Sequence record: DRR378314_658
Direction: 5' to 3' (one strand)
DNA length: 36,623 nucleotides
Shown: one piece after another, positions 36,559-36,623 of the stretch
Position numbering within the stretch: position 1 is the first letter of the stretch
Layout of the letters: each line of letters opens with the position of its first letter
Program-made: the position numbers and the translations under genes
Notes under the pieces: model-generated
What the model was told of the DNA's origin: nothing
The model's input: only the letters and a program-made list of their open reading frames with translations
Databases searched by the model: none

Positions 36559-36599
36559 CAGACCTTGGTGCAAACGCAGCGAATTCACACTTTGTCCGC
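36559..36599 (+). repeat. Degenerate intergenic repeat, sub-type C (copy 2)
   Basis: CAGACCTTGGTGCA...TTTGTCCGC, 30/41 identical to 15769-15809. Confidence 0.65.
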
Positions 36600-36623
36600 A
36601 CATTACCAGTTCATGCGACGCGC

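Overview
An accessory, catabolism-rich region of a GC-rich alphaproteobacterium (Rhodobacteraceae/roseobacter-like by gene content; inference), built from discrete modules. (1) 228-8693: LysR plus an operon of a 3-sulfinopropanoyl-CoA desulfinase-like acyl-CoA dehydrogenase, a ThDP enzyme, a TTC38-like TPR protein, a class I aminotransferase (internal TGA), a family III CoA-transferase and a Tat-type cyclase-family hydrolase (internal TAG). (2) 8725-15232: a Liv-type ABC importer whose LivM permease is fused to an AidH-like alpha/beta-hydrolase (candidate AHL lactonase), divergent from a LuxR solo with intact AHL-binding residues and a lux-box-shaped palindrome; the module is bracketed by a diverged 68-bp direct repeat. 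This is the best candidate for an undescribed system: sense, import and destroy acyl-homoserine lactones. (3) A membrane adenylate cyclase-TPR gene. (4) A LysR-controlled module of secreted proteins and an FAD monooxygenase. (5) A ProXWV-type betaine ABC transporter with a GcvA-type LysR. (6) A beta-oxidation cluster containing a DMSP-lyase-family cupin. Most module junctions carry copies of a degenerate, same-orientation intergenic repeat family. No rRNA, tRNA, CRISPR, integrase or transposase was recognised. Family assignments come from motif recognition and recalled sequences, not database searches.
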